Source: a virus
Lineage: Duplodnaviria > Caudoviricetes
DNA length: 64,000 nucleotides
Strand: one strand, 5' to 3'
IMG/VR virus record: IMGVR_UViG_2832410175_000003
Coordinates: 64,001-128,000 of that record
The notes under the pieces were generated by a model that did no database searches, was not told the origin of the DNA, and saw nothing but the letters and a program-made list of their open reading frames with translations. Within the stretch, counting starts at the first letter, position 1. Each line of letters begins with the position of its first letter. Positions 49,527-60,352 of the stretch are shown piece by piece. Both the position numbers and the translations under genes were made by a program.

Positions 49527-50622
49527 GTACACTACAAAAAAAGGAGTGAAGTGGTACTCAAAGTTCAACTATCTCGATGCTCAAACTAATAAGTTTGTAA
49601 CTACGCTGAAACGCGGATTTTCATCAAAACGAGAGGCGAGAGCGTTTGAAGAAAATTTTTTGGATGAACTAGATTCTCAGTCTCAGTCTTCGACAACGCA
49701 TACCATAACGGATATTTATAACGAATATCTTTCTTCGTTTAAGCGTTCGGATATGAAACAGTCTACTCTGCAGACCAAACACAACATATTTGCCAGCTAT
49801 ATCGCTCCGTATTTTGAAGGCATCCCAGTTGAAGAAATTACAGCCGCAGACATCGCCGCATGGCAGAAAAATGTCAAGGAAACAAAAAAGTCAAACGGTC
49901 AGCCGCTTTCTCCGGCTTATCTGCGAACGGTACAATCTCAGCTCAACGCTTTGATAAACTATGCAAGTGGCAAAGGGTATATTTCTATCAACCCTCTGGT
50001 TGACATCAAGAACATGGGAGTGAAAGGTAGACGACTTCTTTTCTGGAGTTACGAAGAATATGAAAAGTTTGCATATGAAGCTATGAATTTTCCAACTTAC
50101 TATTATGCTTATGAAGTCTTATATTGGTGCGGCATTCGAGAAGGCGAATTACTCGCTCTCACGCGCGAAGATATAGACTTAGACAATCAAACGATTCGCA
50201 TCAATAAGACATATAGCCGAGTTGGGCGAAAAGACATTATCACAACTCCTAAAACACAAAGCTCCGTAAGAACGATTAGCATTCCTCGATTTCTTTGTGA
50301 TGAATTGACGGAATACTTTGCAATGAAGTATGATTTAACGCCAGACCAGCGTATCTTTGTTTTTACAAAGCACGGATTATCGAGCAATTTCCATTCTTTG
50401 ATTGCAAAAGCTAATGTCCCAGATATGCCAATCCACGGATTGAGACATTCTCATGTGTCCCTTCTTATCAGTAAACAATATAACATTTTTGAAATTTCAA
50501 AACGTATTGGCCATAAATCCATCAGTACAACACAAGATATTTACGGCCATTTGTTTGACAATGTTCAAAAAGCTATTGCGGACGATCTCAATTCAATGAG
50601 GAGTGTTAGAACGGATGTCTAA
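49513..50622 (+). CDS. int: Tyrosine integrase with arm-binding domain
   Basis: KRGFSSKREA, GIREGELLAL, PKT, HGLRHSH, RIGH..TQDIY. Confidence 0.95.
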   Translation: MPQYKYTTKKGVKWYSKFNYLDAQTNKFVTTLKRGFSSKREARAFEENFLDELDSQSQSSTTHTITDIYNEYLSSFKRSDMKQSTLQTKHNIFASYIAPYFEGIPVEEITAADIAAWQKNVKETKKSNGQPLSPAYLRTVQSQLNALINYASGKGYISINPLVDIKNMGVKGRRLLFWSYEEYEKFAYEAMNFPTYYYAYEVLYWCGIREGELLALTREDIDLDNQTIRINKTYSRVGRKDIITTPKTQSSVRTISIPRFLCDELTEYFAMKYDLTPDQRIFVFTKHGLSSNFHSLIAKANVPDMPIHGLRHSHVSLLISKQYNIFEISKRIGHKSISTTQDIYGHLFDNVQKAIADDLNSMRSVRTDV

Positions 50623-50947
50623 GAAAAACTGCGATAGAGACGGTCGCGTGAGGACAAAAACATGTGCGTTTCGCGTTTCACCCAAAGAATATGAACAGAT
50701 CGAACTAGCTGTTTCTCTCAGTGGAATGATGAAACAAGATTACCTTCTAAATAAGGCGCTTGATCGGCAATTTGTCATCCAAGGTAATTGTAAGGTTCAC
50801 CGAGCTGTTTGCGATAGACTCGACGCTTTGTTGGTGAAGCTACAAGCATTAAACGACCTGAACGGATACAATGACTATTTATCCGCTGATATAAAAATGA
50901 TTGCTCAGCTAATAAAGCAACTGTATTCGTCGGGCGACAGTGAATAA
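50615..50947 (+). CDS. MobC-like ribbon-helix-helix protein
   Basis: CAFRVSPKEYEQI..SGMMKQDYL..IQGN. Confidence 0.6.
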   Translation: MSKKNCDRDGRVRTKTCAFRVSPKEYEQIELAVSLSGMMKQDYLLNKALDRQFVIQGNCKVHRAVCDRLDALLVKLQALNDLNGYNDYLSADIKMIAQLIKQLYSSGDSE

Positions 50948-50954
50948 CTTCTTC

Positions 50955-51148
50955 TTTTTTGATACATTTTTTGATACAAAAAAATGTGTACTCAGAATAA
51001 CATGGATAATACAAATAATATACCACAAAATATAGAATATATGTGCGTATGGACACCACAAGATATATTCTTGAAATTGAGTGGGAATAATCTTCTCTGG
51101 CTAACATCTTGAAAACGCAAAAAAATTTTTGCAACACTTTTGTAACAC
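50955..51148. repeat. Tandem direct repeats, candidate integrase arm sites near the element end
   Basis: TTTTTTGATACA x2 (50955-50978); TTTTGCAACAC/TTTTGTAACAC (51127-51148). Confidence 0.5.
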
Positions 51149-51186
51149 GTTAGTAATTTTCGAATACGAAACATCCTAAAAAATTG

Positions 51187-51230
51187 GCCGCCAACTCGCT
51201 TGCCCATTCCGAGTTGGCGGCTTCTTTTTT
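51187..51230 (+). terminator. Rho-independent terminator
   Basis: GCCGCCAACTCG..CGAGTTGGCGGC + T-run. Confidence 0.75.
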
Positions 51231-51608
51231 GTGTTAATGTGTATACACACAGTCAAATTATTATACAGACGAGTGAGATCCCGTCAAGATTTATGCGAAA
51301 AATTATTTGCAGACTCGATAAGGTACAATAAGTTACGCAAACTAAAAAGATAGCGTATAATCAAGTTCGCAAAAGCAAATAGGCAATAGCCAAGCCATCA
51401 GGGCTCTTGTAAAATGAGATAGTTGTCGAAAAAAACATGATGTAAAGGAGAGACCCTAATGGCTCACAAAAAGAATACCACAAATCTGACAGAATTGCTA
51501 CTGCAATGTGTGACGCGGTCATCCAGGCAGGGATTGCTGCACTATGCTGTTATGAGAATGCAATATATATATTGAAGAAAAAGTACAGCGGTTTGCAAAG
51601 CAAGCAGC

Positions 51609-53115
51609 GGGACTATCCCGAATTCTGTGTAACCGCCCAAATGCGGTATAAAATAGAACTTATATTTCAAGGCGGGAGCGGCGTTGGCTGCGCCCGCCTT
51701 GTTTACAACATAACGCCGACATGGGCGGAAGTCAAGGGACACCCTCGTCCATTGGAGCCTCGCCGGCGGCGTAGCGCCCCTTGACCTTCGAGCCGGGTTG
51801 TTAATCAGGCATCCGATCCTCAAAATAGATTGCCAGCTGGGCATGAATCATACTCCAGTCCTGTCTGTGGCCGGTCCACTTCCGGGTAATATCCATCATC
51901 GCCAGATACAGCATCTTAAACAGGCTGTCATCGGTCGGAAATACAGATTTTGCTTTTGTCACTTTGCGAAGCTGACGGTTGAAGCCTTCGATAGTGTTGG
52001 TCGTATAGATCAGCCGCCGAAGTTCTTGAGGAAACTTAAAATAAGTGCTGAGATTTGCCCAGTTATCCCTCCATGACTGAGAAATCTTAGGATACTTCTT
52101 GCCCCAGTGTTCTGCAAACGTGTCTAACGCGTCCAAAGCAGCCGGTTCATCTACCGCTGCGTAGACTGCTTTCAAGTCAGCCATAAGTGCCTTCAAATCC
52201 TTGTAGGAGACATATTTGCTGGAATTTCGAATCTGGTGAATAATGCGGTTTTGAATCTCAGTTTTAGGGAAAACTGCCTCAATCGCCGCAGAAAACCGGT
52301 CAAATTATCCGTACAGGCAATGAAAACATCCTCGACACCCCGATTTTTCAGGCTGTTCCGTACGGTAGCCCAGAATTTCACACTTTCGTTCTCGCCAACC
52401 CACATACCGAGAACATCCTTATGCCCGTCCAGATCAATGCCGATCGCGATATAAACGGCCTTCTTCACGATATATCCCTCACTGCGTACATGATAGTGAA
52501 TCGCATCCAGGAAAACAACCGCATAAATGGACTCCAGCGGCCTCTGCTGCCACTCTTTCGCTACGGGAAGGTTTGGAAGGTTTTATCTGTGATACGGCTT
52601 ACTGTGGTATCAGAGACATCTACGCCGTAAATATCCTGAATATGTGCTTCGATATCGCTGGTCGTCATGCCCTTGCATACATCGACAGGATCTTCTCCTC
52701 GATGTCCTGGCTGACGCTGGTCTGATTTTTCCGCAGCACCTTGGGTTCGAATTCGCTCTTGCGATCCCACGGCACAGATACCTCTACATCGTCAAAACTG
52801 GTGCGCAGGGTTTTGATGCTGTGCCCGTTCCGGCTGTTATCCGTGTCCTTGTTCTTGTAGTCATACCGGCTGTAGCCCAGCTGATCGTCCAGCTCGGCCT
52901 CCAGACCGTTTTCCATGAACTCCGCGATAGTGTCATTGAACAGTTCCTGAATGTCATCCATGCTGCCTACATTCGCCAGCTGCAGCAACTCACGAATTTT
53001 TCACGACGTGTGTTTTCTTCTGGGGTTTTTCCCTTCTTGCCATTGTGATTACCTCCGTCATCCTACTTCTATTCTACACCTTGTTGGAGGTTTACACAAA
53101 GTTTGGGATGGAGTC
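51609..53115 (-). mobile_element. IS256-family insertion sequence with frameshifted transposase
   Basis: Transposase fragments (NSRNGH, GMTT, KKAVYIAIG, YTTNTIEGFN) at 51801-53043 in several frames; imperfect terminal IRs GGGACTATCCCGAATTCTGTGTAA / GACTCCATCCCAAACTTTGTGTAA. Confidence 0.85.
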
Positions 53116-53269
53116 ACAACAGCAGATAAAACTTGGCAGTTCCGCCTAAATTTTCGGCAGCACTACCAATTTTTACTTTGCAATTTCGGTGATACTGCCA
53201 GATGCTCTGTGCTTGACATTAACCGATCCGTTGCGTTATAATTTTTATGCAAAGTTTATTAGCCGAATC

Positions 53270-53345
53270 GGGGGCGTAGCTCAGCTGGGAGAGCGTTTGA
53301 CTGGCAGTCAAGAGGTCATGGGTTCGATCCCCACCGTCTCCACCA
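53270..53345 (+). tRNA. tRNA-Ala(GGC)
   Basis: Canonical cloverleaf, G3:U70, loop CTGGCAG, CCA; TTGACA..TATAAT promoter at 53213-53242; terminator near 53373-53402. Confidence 0.95.
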
Positions 53346-53739
53346 AAATGTGTTGATGAAAGATGCAACGCCGAAAACGCCGCACGAAAGTGCGGCGTTT
53401 TCGCATATAATGTGCCACTTTTGGAATGAAAAAGTTGCAAAAACTCGATTTTTCAAAATTTCAGTTTTCCCCCGCGAGAGGCGACATTTCAGAGATGCAG
53501 CCGGTCGTTTTTATGGACTGGTGTAACTCGAACACCGAGGCTTAAAAAAGAATAAAGAATAAGAAGGCAGGCCGCCGTTCGGCTCCCTATGTGGGAGCGG
53601 ACGGCGGCCTTTTTCGTCTCATTGGTGCTTATGTTGCTTTCGCTTCGTTTGTCTGCCATTCCTTGGTGGTGTTGGTAATAGCTTTCTCGTAACCTTTCGA
53701 GTATGCTTGCGTTACAAAAAACGAAGGAGGTATCCGAGA

Positions 53740-54171
53740 ATGGCAACTACCAAAAACTTGTGTGCTCAGATTCCCATCGACCTACATGAGCGGGTCAGCG
53801 AAGAACGGGAACGGCTGGGCCAGACCACCAGCGAGTACATCGCCAACCTCATCCAAGGCTATTACAACATGATGGAAAATCAGAAAGGCGGCATTCAAAT
53901 GACTGAAAAAGGCAGAACCATGGCATTCCAGATTCCCGAAGAACTCTTCCAGCGCATCAAGCGTCACTTGGAGCGCGAGATGCTCCGCAGCGGCAAAAAG
54001 CTCACTCAGCGAGACTTCGTGCTGAACCTGATCACGCAGGCGCTGGACGAAGCGGACGCTGAGAACGCCGCAGAGCAGAACGCCCCCACTGAGCCCCCTG
54101 TCGCGCCCCATGTGGCCGACGTGATCACTCCAGCGGACACGGACACCCCCAACGAAGATAACGCCGTGTAA
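53740..54171 (+). CDS. Double ribbon-helix-helix DNA-binding protein
   Basis: NLCAQIPIDLH and TMAFQIPEELF repeats. Confidence 0.65.
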   Translation: MATTKNLCAQIPIDLHERVSEERERLGQTTSEYIANLIQGYYNMMENQKGGIQMTEKGRTMAFQIPEELFQRIKRHLEREMLRSGKKLTQRDFVLNLITQALDEADAENAAEQNAPTEPPVAPHVADVITPADTDTPNEDNAV

Positions 54172-54213
54172 GCCTGCAAACGCCGAAGTAAAAAAACGAA
54201 TCATACATGGAGA

Positions 54214-54262
54214 AAGCCGCCCTGGGCATCTGAGATCATCAGATGCCCAGGGCGGCTTTTTG
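54214..54262 (+). terminator. Rho-independent terminator
   Basis: AAAGCCGCCCTGGGCATCTGA..TCAGATGCCCAGGGCGGCTTT. Confidence 0.8.
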
Positions 54263-54294
54263 CGTTTCATCAAAGAAAGAAGGAGGCACACATC

Positions 54295-55212
54295 ATGGCA
54301 AGCGAGATCAGAAATCGCTTCACAGACACAGAAATGCAGATCGCCAGAGAGACGGACCTGCCAGAGCTGCTCTCCCACCTCGGCTATCAGGTCAAGCGCG
54401 TGGGACGCTTCCATACTACCGCGGAGATGGACAGCCTGCGGATCAAGGACCGGCGTACCTGGTTCCGGTATTCCCAGAATACCGGCGGGGATGCCATCAC
54501 CTTTCTCCAGCAGTTTTGCGGAAAATCCTTTCCGGAAGCGGTGGAGTACCTGCTGACCTTCCACGGGAAAGCCAGAGACGCACCCGCTCCACAGCCAAAG
54601 TCAATCAGCCAGAAGCAGGCGCTTTCCCTGCCGCCCCGCAATGCGGATGACAGAAGGGTCTTCGCCTATCTCCGTAAGCGGGGTATCGCTGCCCAGGTGA
54701 TCCGACAATTTCTGAATGCCGGTCTGCTGTATGAGGATGCGGTACATCATAACTGCGTCTTCGTCGGCAGAGATGAGTCCGGACAGGCAAAGTTCGCGGG
54801 GCTGCGCGGCACCTATGATCTGGACAGCCCCGGCTTCAAGGGGGATGCACCCGGCAGCGACAAAAGCACAGGCTTCTCCCTCCCGCACGATCCGCGGTCA
54901 GATCTGGTGCGTGTTTTTGAAGCGCCCATCGACCTGATGAGTTACCTCACGCTCCATAGAGACGCAACCAACGCCGTTGCTCTGTGCGGGCTCTATGACG
55001 GCGCACTGCAGACCTATTTGCAGGCGCATCCGGAGATCCGCCGTATTGCACTGTGTCTGGACGCGGACGAGCCTGGGCAGAAAGCCGCTCGGCAATTACA
55101 GGAAAAGTATCAGTTACAGGGGTATGCCGTTGTCGTGGAGAAACCGCGCTGCGGCAAGGATTGGAACGAGTATCTGCAAAGAAAGATTTGCAGCCGGGAA
55201 AGGGGGCGATAG
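54295..55212 (+). CDS. DUF3991/Toprim primase-like protein
   Basis: GGDAITF, YLRKRGI, FEAPIDLMS, CLDADEPG, KDWNE. Confidence 0.85.
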   Translation: MASEIRNRFTDTEMQIARETDLPELLSHLGYQVKRVGRFHTTAEMDSLRIKDRRTWFRYSQNTGGDAITFLQQFCGKSFPEAVEYLLTFHGKARDAPAPQPKSISQKQALSLPPRNADDRRVFAYLRKRGIAAQVIRQFLNAGLLYEDAVHHNCVFVGRDESGQAKFAGLRGTYDLDSPGFKGDAPGSDKSTGFSLPHDPRSDLVRVFEAPIDLMSYLTLHRDATNAVALCGLYDGALQTYLQAHPEIRRIALCLDADEPGQKAARQLQEKYQLQGYAVVVEKPRCGKDWNEYLQRKICSRERGR

Positions 55213-55267
55213 CCAAAAGAACAGCATTTTCAACGCGGATAAAAAACAAAAAATATAAGGAGGATCT

Positions 55268-58200
55268 ATGAATCTGAAACAGAACCATTATTCCCGCAGG
55301 GCGCTGGCACTGCTGCTGACGCTGGTCATGTGCGTGGGCATGATCCCCACCGCCTTTGCCGCGCAGCAGAACAGCTACCACGACCCCGCCGAGCACTGGA
55401 TGCAGGCATCCGGCCGCACCAACGAGCTGGACGCCAACAGTGTCGTGACCCGCGAGACCTTCAAGTGCGGTGAGTGCGGCAAAGCCACATCTTTTGAGGT
55501 GTTCCGCGTTCCCGAATATACCCGCAATGGTCAGCCGGCACTCAGCCGCAATGTGAAATATTCGGACGGCACGATGGTGGATGGCGTCGGTAAGGGTGAT
55601 ACAATGGACGGTATTCCCGGCAAGGACGCCGCCTACACCGGATATCACTACACCAAAGCCGTCTGCGAAACCTGCGGCGGCATCAACACAAATATGAGCA
55701 AAAGCGAGTACGGCTATCTGAAGAATGTCTACTGGCTGTACGACTGTGCCGCCGCATTTACGCAGGAACTGGATGAAACCGTGACCTACGAATACACGGA
55801 TGATACCTATCACACTGTCACCACTAAAGGCGGCACCTACTGCGCGTTCTGCTACGGTACCAATCATACGGTCAGCCGCAAGCTGGAGCGCCACGATATG
55901 GTGACGGAAGTCCTGCCCCAGCCGGCGAATGGCCGCTTTGCAGTGGTGGAGAAGTGTAGCCTGTGCGACTACGTCCACTATGACTACACGGCGGCAAAGG
56001 CGGTTGTTGCGGACTATTACGGCGTGGTTGACGGAAAGCCCCACACCATCACGGTCAGCGATCTCTCCGAAGCCGGTGTCCGCACCTCTATCCGCTACGG
56101 CAACAGTGCGGATAGCTGCACCATGACCTCCGCACCCAACTACACGGAGGAAGGTCAGTACATGGTCTACTACGAGATCACCTACAGCTACAAGGGCGTG
56201 GAGATGACCGAGAACGGCGTAGCGAAGGTTTGGCTCCGTGACGAATCCACCAAGGATGACGGCTCTTGTGCCTGCGGCTGCGGGAATCCAAACTGCGGCT
56301 GCCAGAACAAGAATTGCAACGGAAATTGCTGCACCGACAAGGGCTGCGGTGAAAACCACAAGTATATTCTGCTGGACAGCACCAAGGCCGGCTGCACCAC
56401 CCTCGGCTATGACCGCTACCTCTGCACGGACTGCGGCAAGATCGAAAAGCGCGACTATGTGGACTCCCTCGGTCACGCATGGCAGAGCATCGTCATCCGC
56501 GACGCCACCTGCGAAACGGACGGCAAGCTGCTGGAACTGTGCTCCCGCTGCGGCGAAATGAAGCAGACTGCCACCCCCAAGGGCGAACATAAGTACAGAA
56601 CCTATCCCGTAGCTGCTACCTGCACGACTCCCGGTTACACCGTCCGAGAGTGCTCCGTCTGCGGCGACCGTCATATCGAGGACATCACGGCGGCGCTGCC
56701 TCACAATTACGAATCCCATGTCATCGCCGCTACCTGCGAAACCGGCGGCAAGACCATCCACCGCTGCGACGGCTGCGGCAGCAGTTTCGTCACAGACTAC
56801 ACCGATGCGCTCGGTCATAGCTGGGATAAGGGAACCCTCGTCACCAACGCCACCTGCACCGGCGAGGGCGTGATGGAATACCGCTGTACCCGCTGCGGCT
56901 ATCACCGCATCGAGGGTAACAAGGCGGCAGGTCATGTGCCCGGTACGCCTGCGACTTGCACAGAACCCCAGCTTTGCACCAAGTGCGGCGCAGTGCTGAA
57001 AAACGCGCTGGGACATGATTACAAGTCCGAAGTGACCGCCCCCACCTGCACGGAGATGGGCTACACCACCAACACCTGCACCCGCTGCGGCGATACCACC
57101 AAGACCGACTATACCGAGCCTGCCGGTCATAAACCCAGCGACTGGATCGTTGACAAGCAGCCGACCACCGACTCTGAGGGTAGCAAGCACAAGGAGTGTA
57201 CCGTGTGTGGCGAAAAGCTGGAGACACAGCCCATTGAAAAGATCTACAACAGCGCCACCACGGACAGCAGGGGTGAGGCCATTGTGGGCGGATACCTTGT
57301 GACCGTCACGGATACCGACACCAAGAATCCCGTAGCAAACGCCGCCGTGGCGCTCCATAAGGATAACAGCATCTCCATCCGTCTGCCGAACAGCCGCCTG
57401 CTGGACTACGCCGACCAGACCACCGTGACCGTGCAGCTTGTAAAGGACAAGAGCGCTGTGCCGAACATGAGCATCGCTGTCACGGACAAGAACGACAACT
57501 ATGCCACAGACAAAACGAACAAGGCAGGTCAGATCACCGTTCCCACCGGCAGCGGCGTGACCAATGAGGACGGCAAGGTCACTACTGGCTATGAGGACGC
57601 GGACGGCGACCGCTGGACGCTGACCGTCAAGGTCATCCGCACGGACACGAAGCGCCCCATCTCCGGCAGTGCAGTGTCCATCGGCAAGACCGGCAATATC
57701 ACAGTGAAGCTGCCGGACGGCGCGGATCTGGACGCCAAGCATCAGGTGACGGTCATTGTCACCGACCACAAGAAGGCTCCCCAGCAGGGCAAAAATGTTG
57801 CGGTCAAGGGCGATCTCGGCCAGTCTGCCGCAGGCAAGACCGACAAAAACGGTGAGCTGACCGTCCCCGAAGTGGAGCAGACCGAGCGCCACGGCGTTTA
57901 CATCGTCGGCTACACGGACGGCACCTTTGGCCCCAGCCGCAGCATGACCCGCAGTGAAGCCGCCGCGATTTTCGCAAGACTGCTTGCCGAGAAGAACGGC
58001 GATACCATTTCCACAGCCGCAACAACCAAGTTCGCGGATATTCCGGCTCATGCCTGGTATAGCGGCTATGTGAAATACCTCGCCAACAACGGCATTACCT
58101 ACGGCAAGAGCAAGACCATCTTTGCCCCCAACGATGCCATTACCCGTGCTGAGTTTACCACGATGGCTGTCCGTTTCTTTGATGTGTACGGCGACGGCGA

Positions 58201-58534
58201 TGCGGAGATCATGGAGCAGTTCAGCGGCTTCCACGATGTTTCTTCCGGCTATTGGGCGGCTGAATACATCAAGTACGCGGCGCTCCACGGCTGGATCAAT
58301 GGCTACGGGGACGGCTCGTTCCACGCAGAGCGCGAGATCAACCGCGCCGAGGTTGTCACCATCGTCAACCGCCTGCTGGGACGCGAAGCGGACGAGGACT
58401 ACATCGCGGACAATCTCCGTAAGCTGAACACCTTCCCGGATGTCAGCCGCAAGCATTGGGCGTATTATGCCGTCATGGAAGCCGCCAACGCTCACACTGC
58501 TGTGCTTGGCGAGAGCGAAAGCTGGAACAAGTAA
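55268..58534 (+). CDS. Secreted S-layer homology protein with Cys/His-rich repeats
   Basis: Signal peptide; repeated TC..G..CxxCG..H units; three C-terminal SLH motifs (TRSEAA, TRAEF, NRAEV). Confidence 0.88.
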   Translation: MNLKQNHYSRRALALLLTLVMCVGMIPTAFAAQQNSYHDPAEHWMQASGRTNELDANSVVTRETFKCGECGKATSFEVFRVPEYTRNGQPALSRNVKYSDGTMVDGVGKGDTMDGIPGKDAAYTGYHYTKAVCETCGGINTNMSKSEYGYLKNVYWLYDCAAAFTQELDETVTYEYTDDTYHTVTTKGGTYCAFCYGTNHTVSRKLERHDMVTEVLPQPANGRFAVVEKCSLCDYVHYDYTAAKAVVADYYGVVDGKPHTITVSDLSEAGVRTSIRYGNSADSCTMTSAPNYTEEGQYMVYYEITYSYKGVEMTENGVAKVWLRDESTKDDGSCACGCGNPNCGCQNKNCNGNCCTDKGCGENHKYILLDSTKAGCTTLGYDRYLCTDCGKIEKRDYVDSLGHAWQSIVIRDATCETDGKLLELCSRCGEMKQTATPKGEHKYRTYPVAATCTTPGYTVRECSVCGDRHIEDITAALPHNYESHVIAATCETGGKTIHRCDGCGSSFVTDYTDALGHSWDKGTLVTNATCTGEGVMEYRCTRCGYHRIEGNKAAGHVPGTPATCTEPQLCTKCGAVLKNALGHDYKSEVTAPTCTEMGYTTNTCTRCGDTTKTDYTEPAGHKPSDWIVDKQPTTDSEGSKHKECTVCGEKLETQPIEKIYNSATTDSRGEAIVGGYLVTVTDTDTKNPVANAAVALHKDNSISIRLPNSRLLDYADQTTVTVQLVKDKSAVPNMSIAVTDKNDNYATDKTNKAGQITVPTGSGVTNEDGKVTTGYEDADGDRWTLTVKVIRTDTKRPISGSAVSIGKTGNITVKLPDGADLDAKHQVTVIVTDHKKAPQQGKNVAVKGDLGQSAAGKTDKNGELTVPEVEQTERHGVYIVGYTDGTFGPSRSMTRSEAAAIFARLLAEKNGDTISTAATTKFADIPAHAWYSGYVKYLANNGITYGKSKTIFAPNDAITRAEFTTMAVRFFDVYGDGDAEIMEQFSGFHDVSSGYWAAEYIKYAALHGWINGYGDGSFHAEREINRAEVVTIVNRLLGREADEDYIADNLRKLNTFPDVSRKHWAYYAVMEAANAHTAVLGESESWNK

Positions 58535-58546
58535 ATCGTATCCCTC

Positions 58547-58581
58547 TGCGGGTGGTCTGATAGCAGACCACCCGCATTTTT
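58547..58581 (+). terminator. Rho-independent terminator
   Basis: TGCGGGTGGTCTG-atag-CAGACCACCCGCA + Ts. Confidence 0.8.
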
Positions 58582-58621
58582 ATCCAAATCTAAAAACACT
58601 CAAAATAAAGGAGAACTGAAT

Positions 58622-58996
58622 ATGCTGAAGATCACTGCCATTGGCAACCTGACCCACGATGTGGAACTGAAGATGAACGAGAATACCGGCAAGCCCTACG
58701 CCATCCTGCGGATCGCCTCGGACCGCCGCTACAAGGATAAGGCCGGCAACCGTCTCACCGACTTTATCTCCATCAAGGTGCGCGGCCCTCTGGCCGAGCG
58801 CTGCGCTGAGTTTGCCTGGAAGGGCTGCAAGTTGGCGGCGTTCGGTGATTTCGAGACCATCACCTTTGAGAATGAGCCGGAGCGTCAGCCCGGTTTCCTC
58901 ATCAAGGCCAGCGATGTGGAGTTCCTGTCTCCCCGCAAGGCGGAGGACGCGGCACAGGCTGTGGATGCTGAGACTGTCTGTGAGGATGCCGCCTGA
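58622..58996 (+). CDS. ssb: Single-stranded DNA-binding protein
   Basis: IGNLTHD, IASDRRY..TDF, VEFL. Confidence 0.85.
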   Translation: MLKITAIGNLTHDVELKMNENTGKPYAILRIASDRRYKDKAGNRLTDFISIKVRGPLAERCAEFAWKGCKLAAFGDFETITFENEPERQPGFLIKASDVEFLSPRKAEDAAQAVDAETVCEDAA

Positions 58997-59973
58997 TGAA
59001 AAATACCGGGATCACATATACCAGTGCTGAACGCAGCCCTGTGATCCTGCCGGAGATGGCCGAGCTGCTCCCGCCTTTGAGCGCGGAGCAGTCTGCCGCT
59101 CTGGAAGAGGATCTGCTGCGAAACGGCTGTTACGCCCCCATCATCGTCAATGAGGACATGGTGATCATCGACGGGCACAACCGTCAGGCGCTGTGCGAAA
59201 AGCATGGTCTGCTCTATATGATGGCGGTGTTTTCCTTTGAGGATTTGCTGGAAGCCAAGCAGTGGGCGCTGGACACACAGAAAAATCGCAGAAATCTGGA
59301 AAAGTGGGAGCTGGGCAAGATCGCCCTGAAGCTGAAGCCGGAGATTGAGGCAAAAGCCAGGGCAAATATGGTAGCCGGTGGGCAGAATTATCGTCCGAAG
59401 GAAGGTTTGACAACATTGTCAAACCTTCCTTCAGTAGAAACTGCTGTCAATACTCGTAAAGAACTGGCGGATGCTGTTGGTATCGGTGAGGTCACGATGG
59501 GCAAGGTCATGCAGATCGATGAGAACGCCCCGGAGGTCATCAAGGAGGCTCTGGATAAGAAGAAACTGTCCATCAACAAGGGCTATGACCTGACCCGGCA
59601 GCTTCAGGACCTTCCGGAAGAGCAGCGGGAGCAGGCGGCCGCCGAAGCGCTGGAATACGAAAAAGCGAAAAAAGAACTGAAAAAGCAGGATGCCGAGATC
59701 GACCGGAAAGGAAAGATCGCGGCGCTTTTCTGCAAAGCGTATGAAAAAGCCGTCCTGCTGACGCCGTCCGAAGAAAATATCCGCTGCTGGACGGACGGGA
59801 CGCGAATGACTCCGGAGGAAATGCGGGATACCGTGAAGGAATCCCGCGAGCTGGCGGAGGTGTTCCGGACGATTGCGGATATCATCGAGCAGAAGATCCT
59901 GCCCGCGGATTGGAGGTGTGCCGATGCAGAAAGCGAAGAAAACGATGCCCAGCCGGACGGGAATCCCGCCTGA
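58996..59973 (+). CDS. ParB/Srx-domain protein
   Basis: PIIV..IIDGHNR, RRNL, HTH. Confidence 0.8.
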   Translation: MKNTGITYTSAERSPVILPEMAELLPPLSAEQSAALEEDLLRNGCYAPIIVNEDMVIIDGHNRQALCEKHGLLYMMAVFSFEDLLEAKQWALDTQKNRRNLEKWELGKIALKLKPEIEAKARANMVAGGQNYRPKEGLTTLSNLPSVETAVNTRKELADAVGIGEVTMGKVMQIDENAPEVIKEALDKKKLSINKGYDLTRQLQDLPEEQREQAAAEALEYEKAKKELKKQDAEIDRKGKIAALFCKAYEKAVLLTPSEENIRCWTDGTRMTPEEMRDTVKESRELAEVFRTIADIIEQKILPADWRCADAESEENDAQPDGNPA

Positions 59974-60352
59974 CGCGCAGGCGGAGATTTTGCAAAAGCT
60001 GTCCGCCGAGACGAAGATCACTTCCTGTGAGATCGCGGAGATCTTGAAAAAGCATGATGTCTGCGGAGATATGTATGCGCTCCAGGACGCCTACCGGAAA
60101 CGGCTGGGACAGCGGCTCCTGTCCAGCATCCGGGACGAGAACGGCAAGCGGGAAATCCTCTCCACCAGCGGCGGCGAGTATGTCATCGTAGATTGCTGCA
60201 ATGACCCACAGAAGTTGAAAGCCATTCAGCGCCGCATTCAGGCGCAGATGAATGGGCTGGATGTGTCTGCCGGGAAGGTGCATGGGCGCGTTCACTTTTT
60301 AGAGCGTTTTGCGGGCTGGGTAAGAAAGGAGCGGTCAGATGGAGCAGCATGA
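59924..60352 (+). CDS. Hypothetical protein
   Basis: GGAGGTG RBS. Confidence 0.65.
   Translation: MQKAKKTMPSRTGIPPDAQAEILQKLSAETKITSCEIAEILKKHDVCGDMYALQDAYRKRLGQRLLSSIRDENGKREILSTSGGEYVIVDCCNDPQKLKAIQRRIQAQMNGLDVSAGKVHGRVHFLERFAGWVRKERSDGAA

Larger units (their letters stand above)
1..51150. mobile_element. Large temperate prophage, right-hand portion (early/replication arm plus integration module)
   Basis: Dense co-oriented small ORFs, phage-type replisome (SSAP, SSB, DnaB, DnaG, DnaE), thyX/nrdDG/dut, tRNAs, sigma factor, terminal xis-int. Left end is outside the window; right boundary approximate. Confidence 0.8.

Noticed and set aside
1-51150. Genome-wide TAG stop-codon reassignment suggested by the CTA-containing tRNA loop
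   Set aside because: Long genes are intact in the standard code; no TAG-fragmented genes seen
51330-51400. Possible c-di-GMP riboswitch (GCAAA motifs)
   Set aside because: Required paired stems not found
51401-51510. Possible 5' remnant of a second IS (RBS + MAHKKNTTNLTELLLQC)
   Set aside because: Too short to assign without a database search
54947-58495. 1182-aa ORF on the - strand
   Set aside because: Antisense shadow of the GC-rich SLH gene; no motifs
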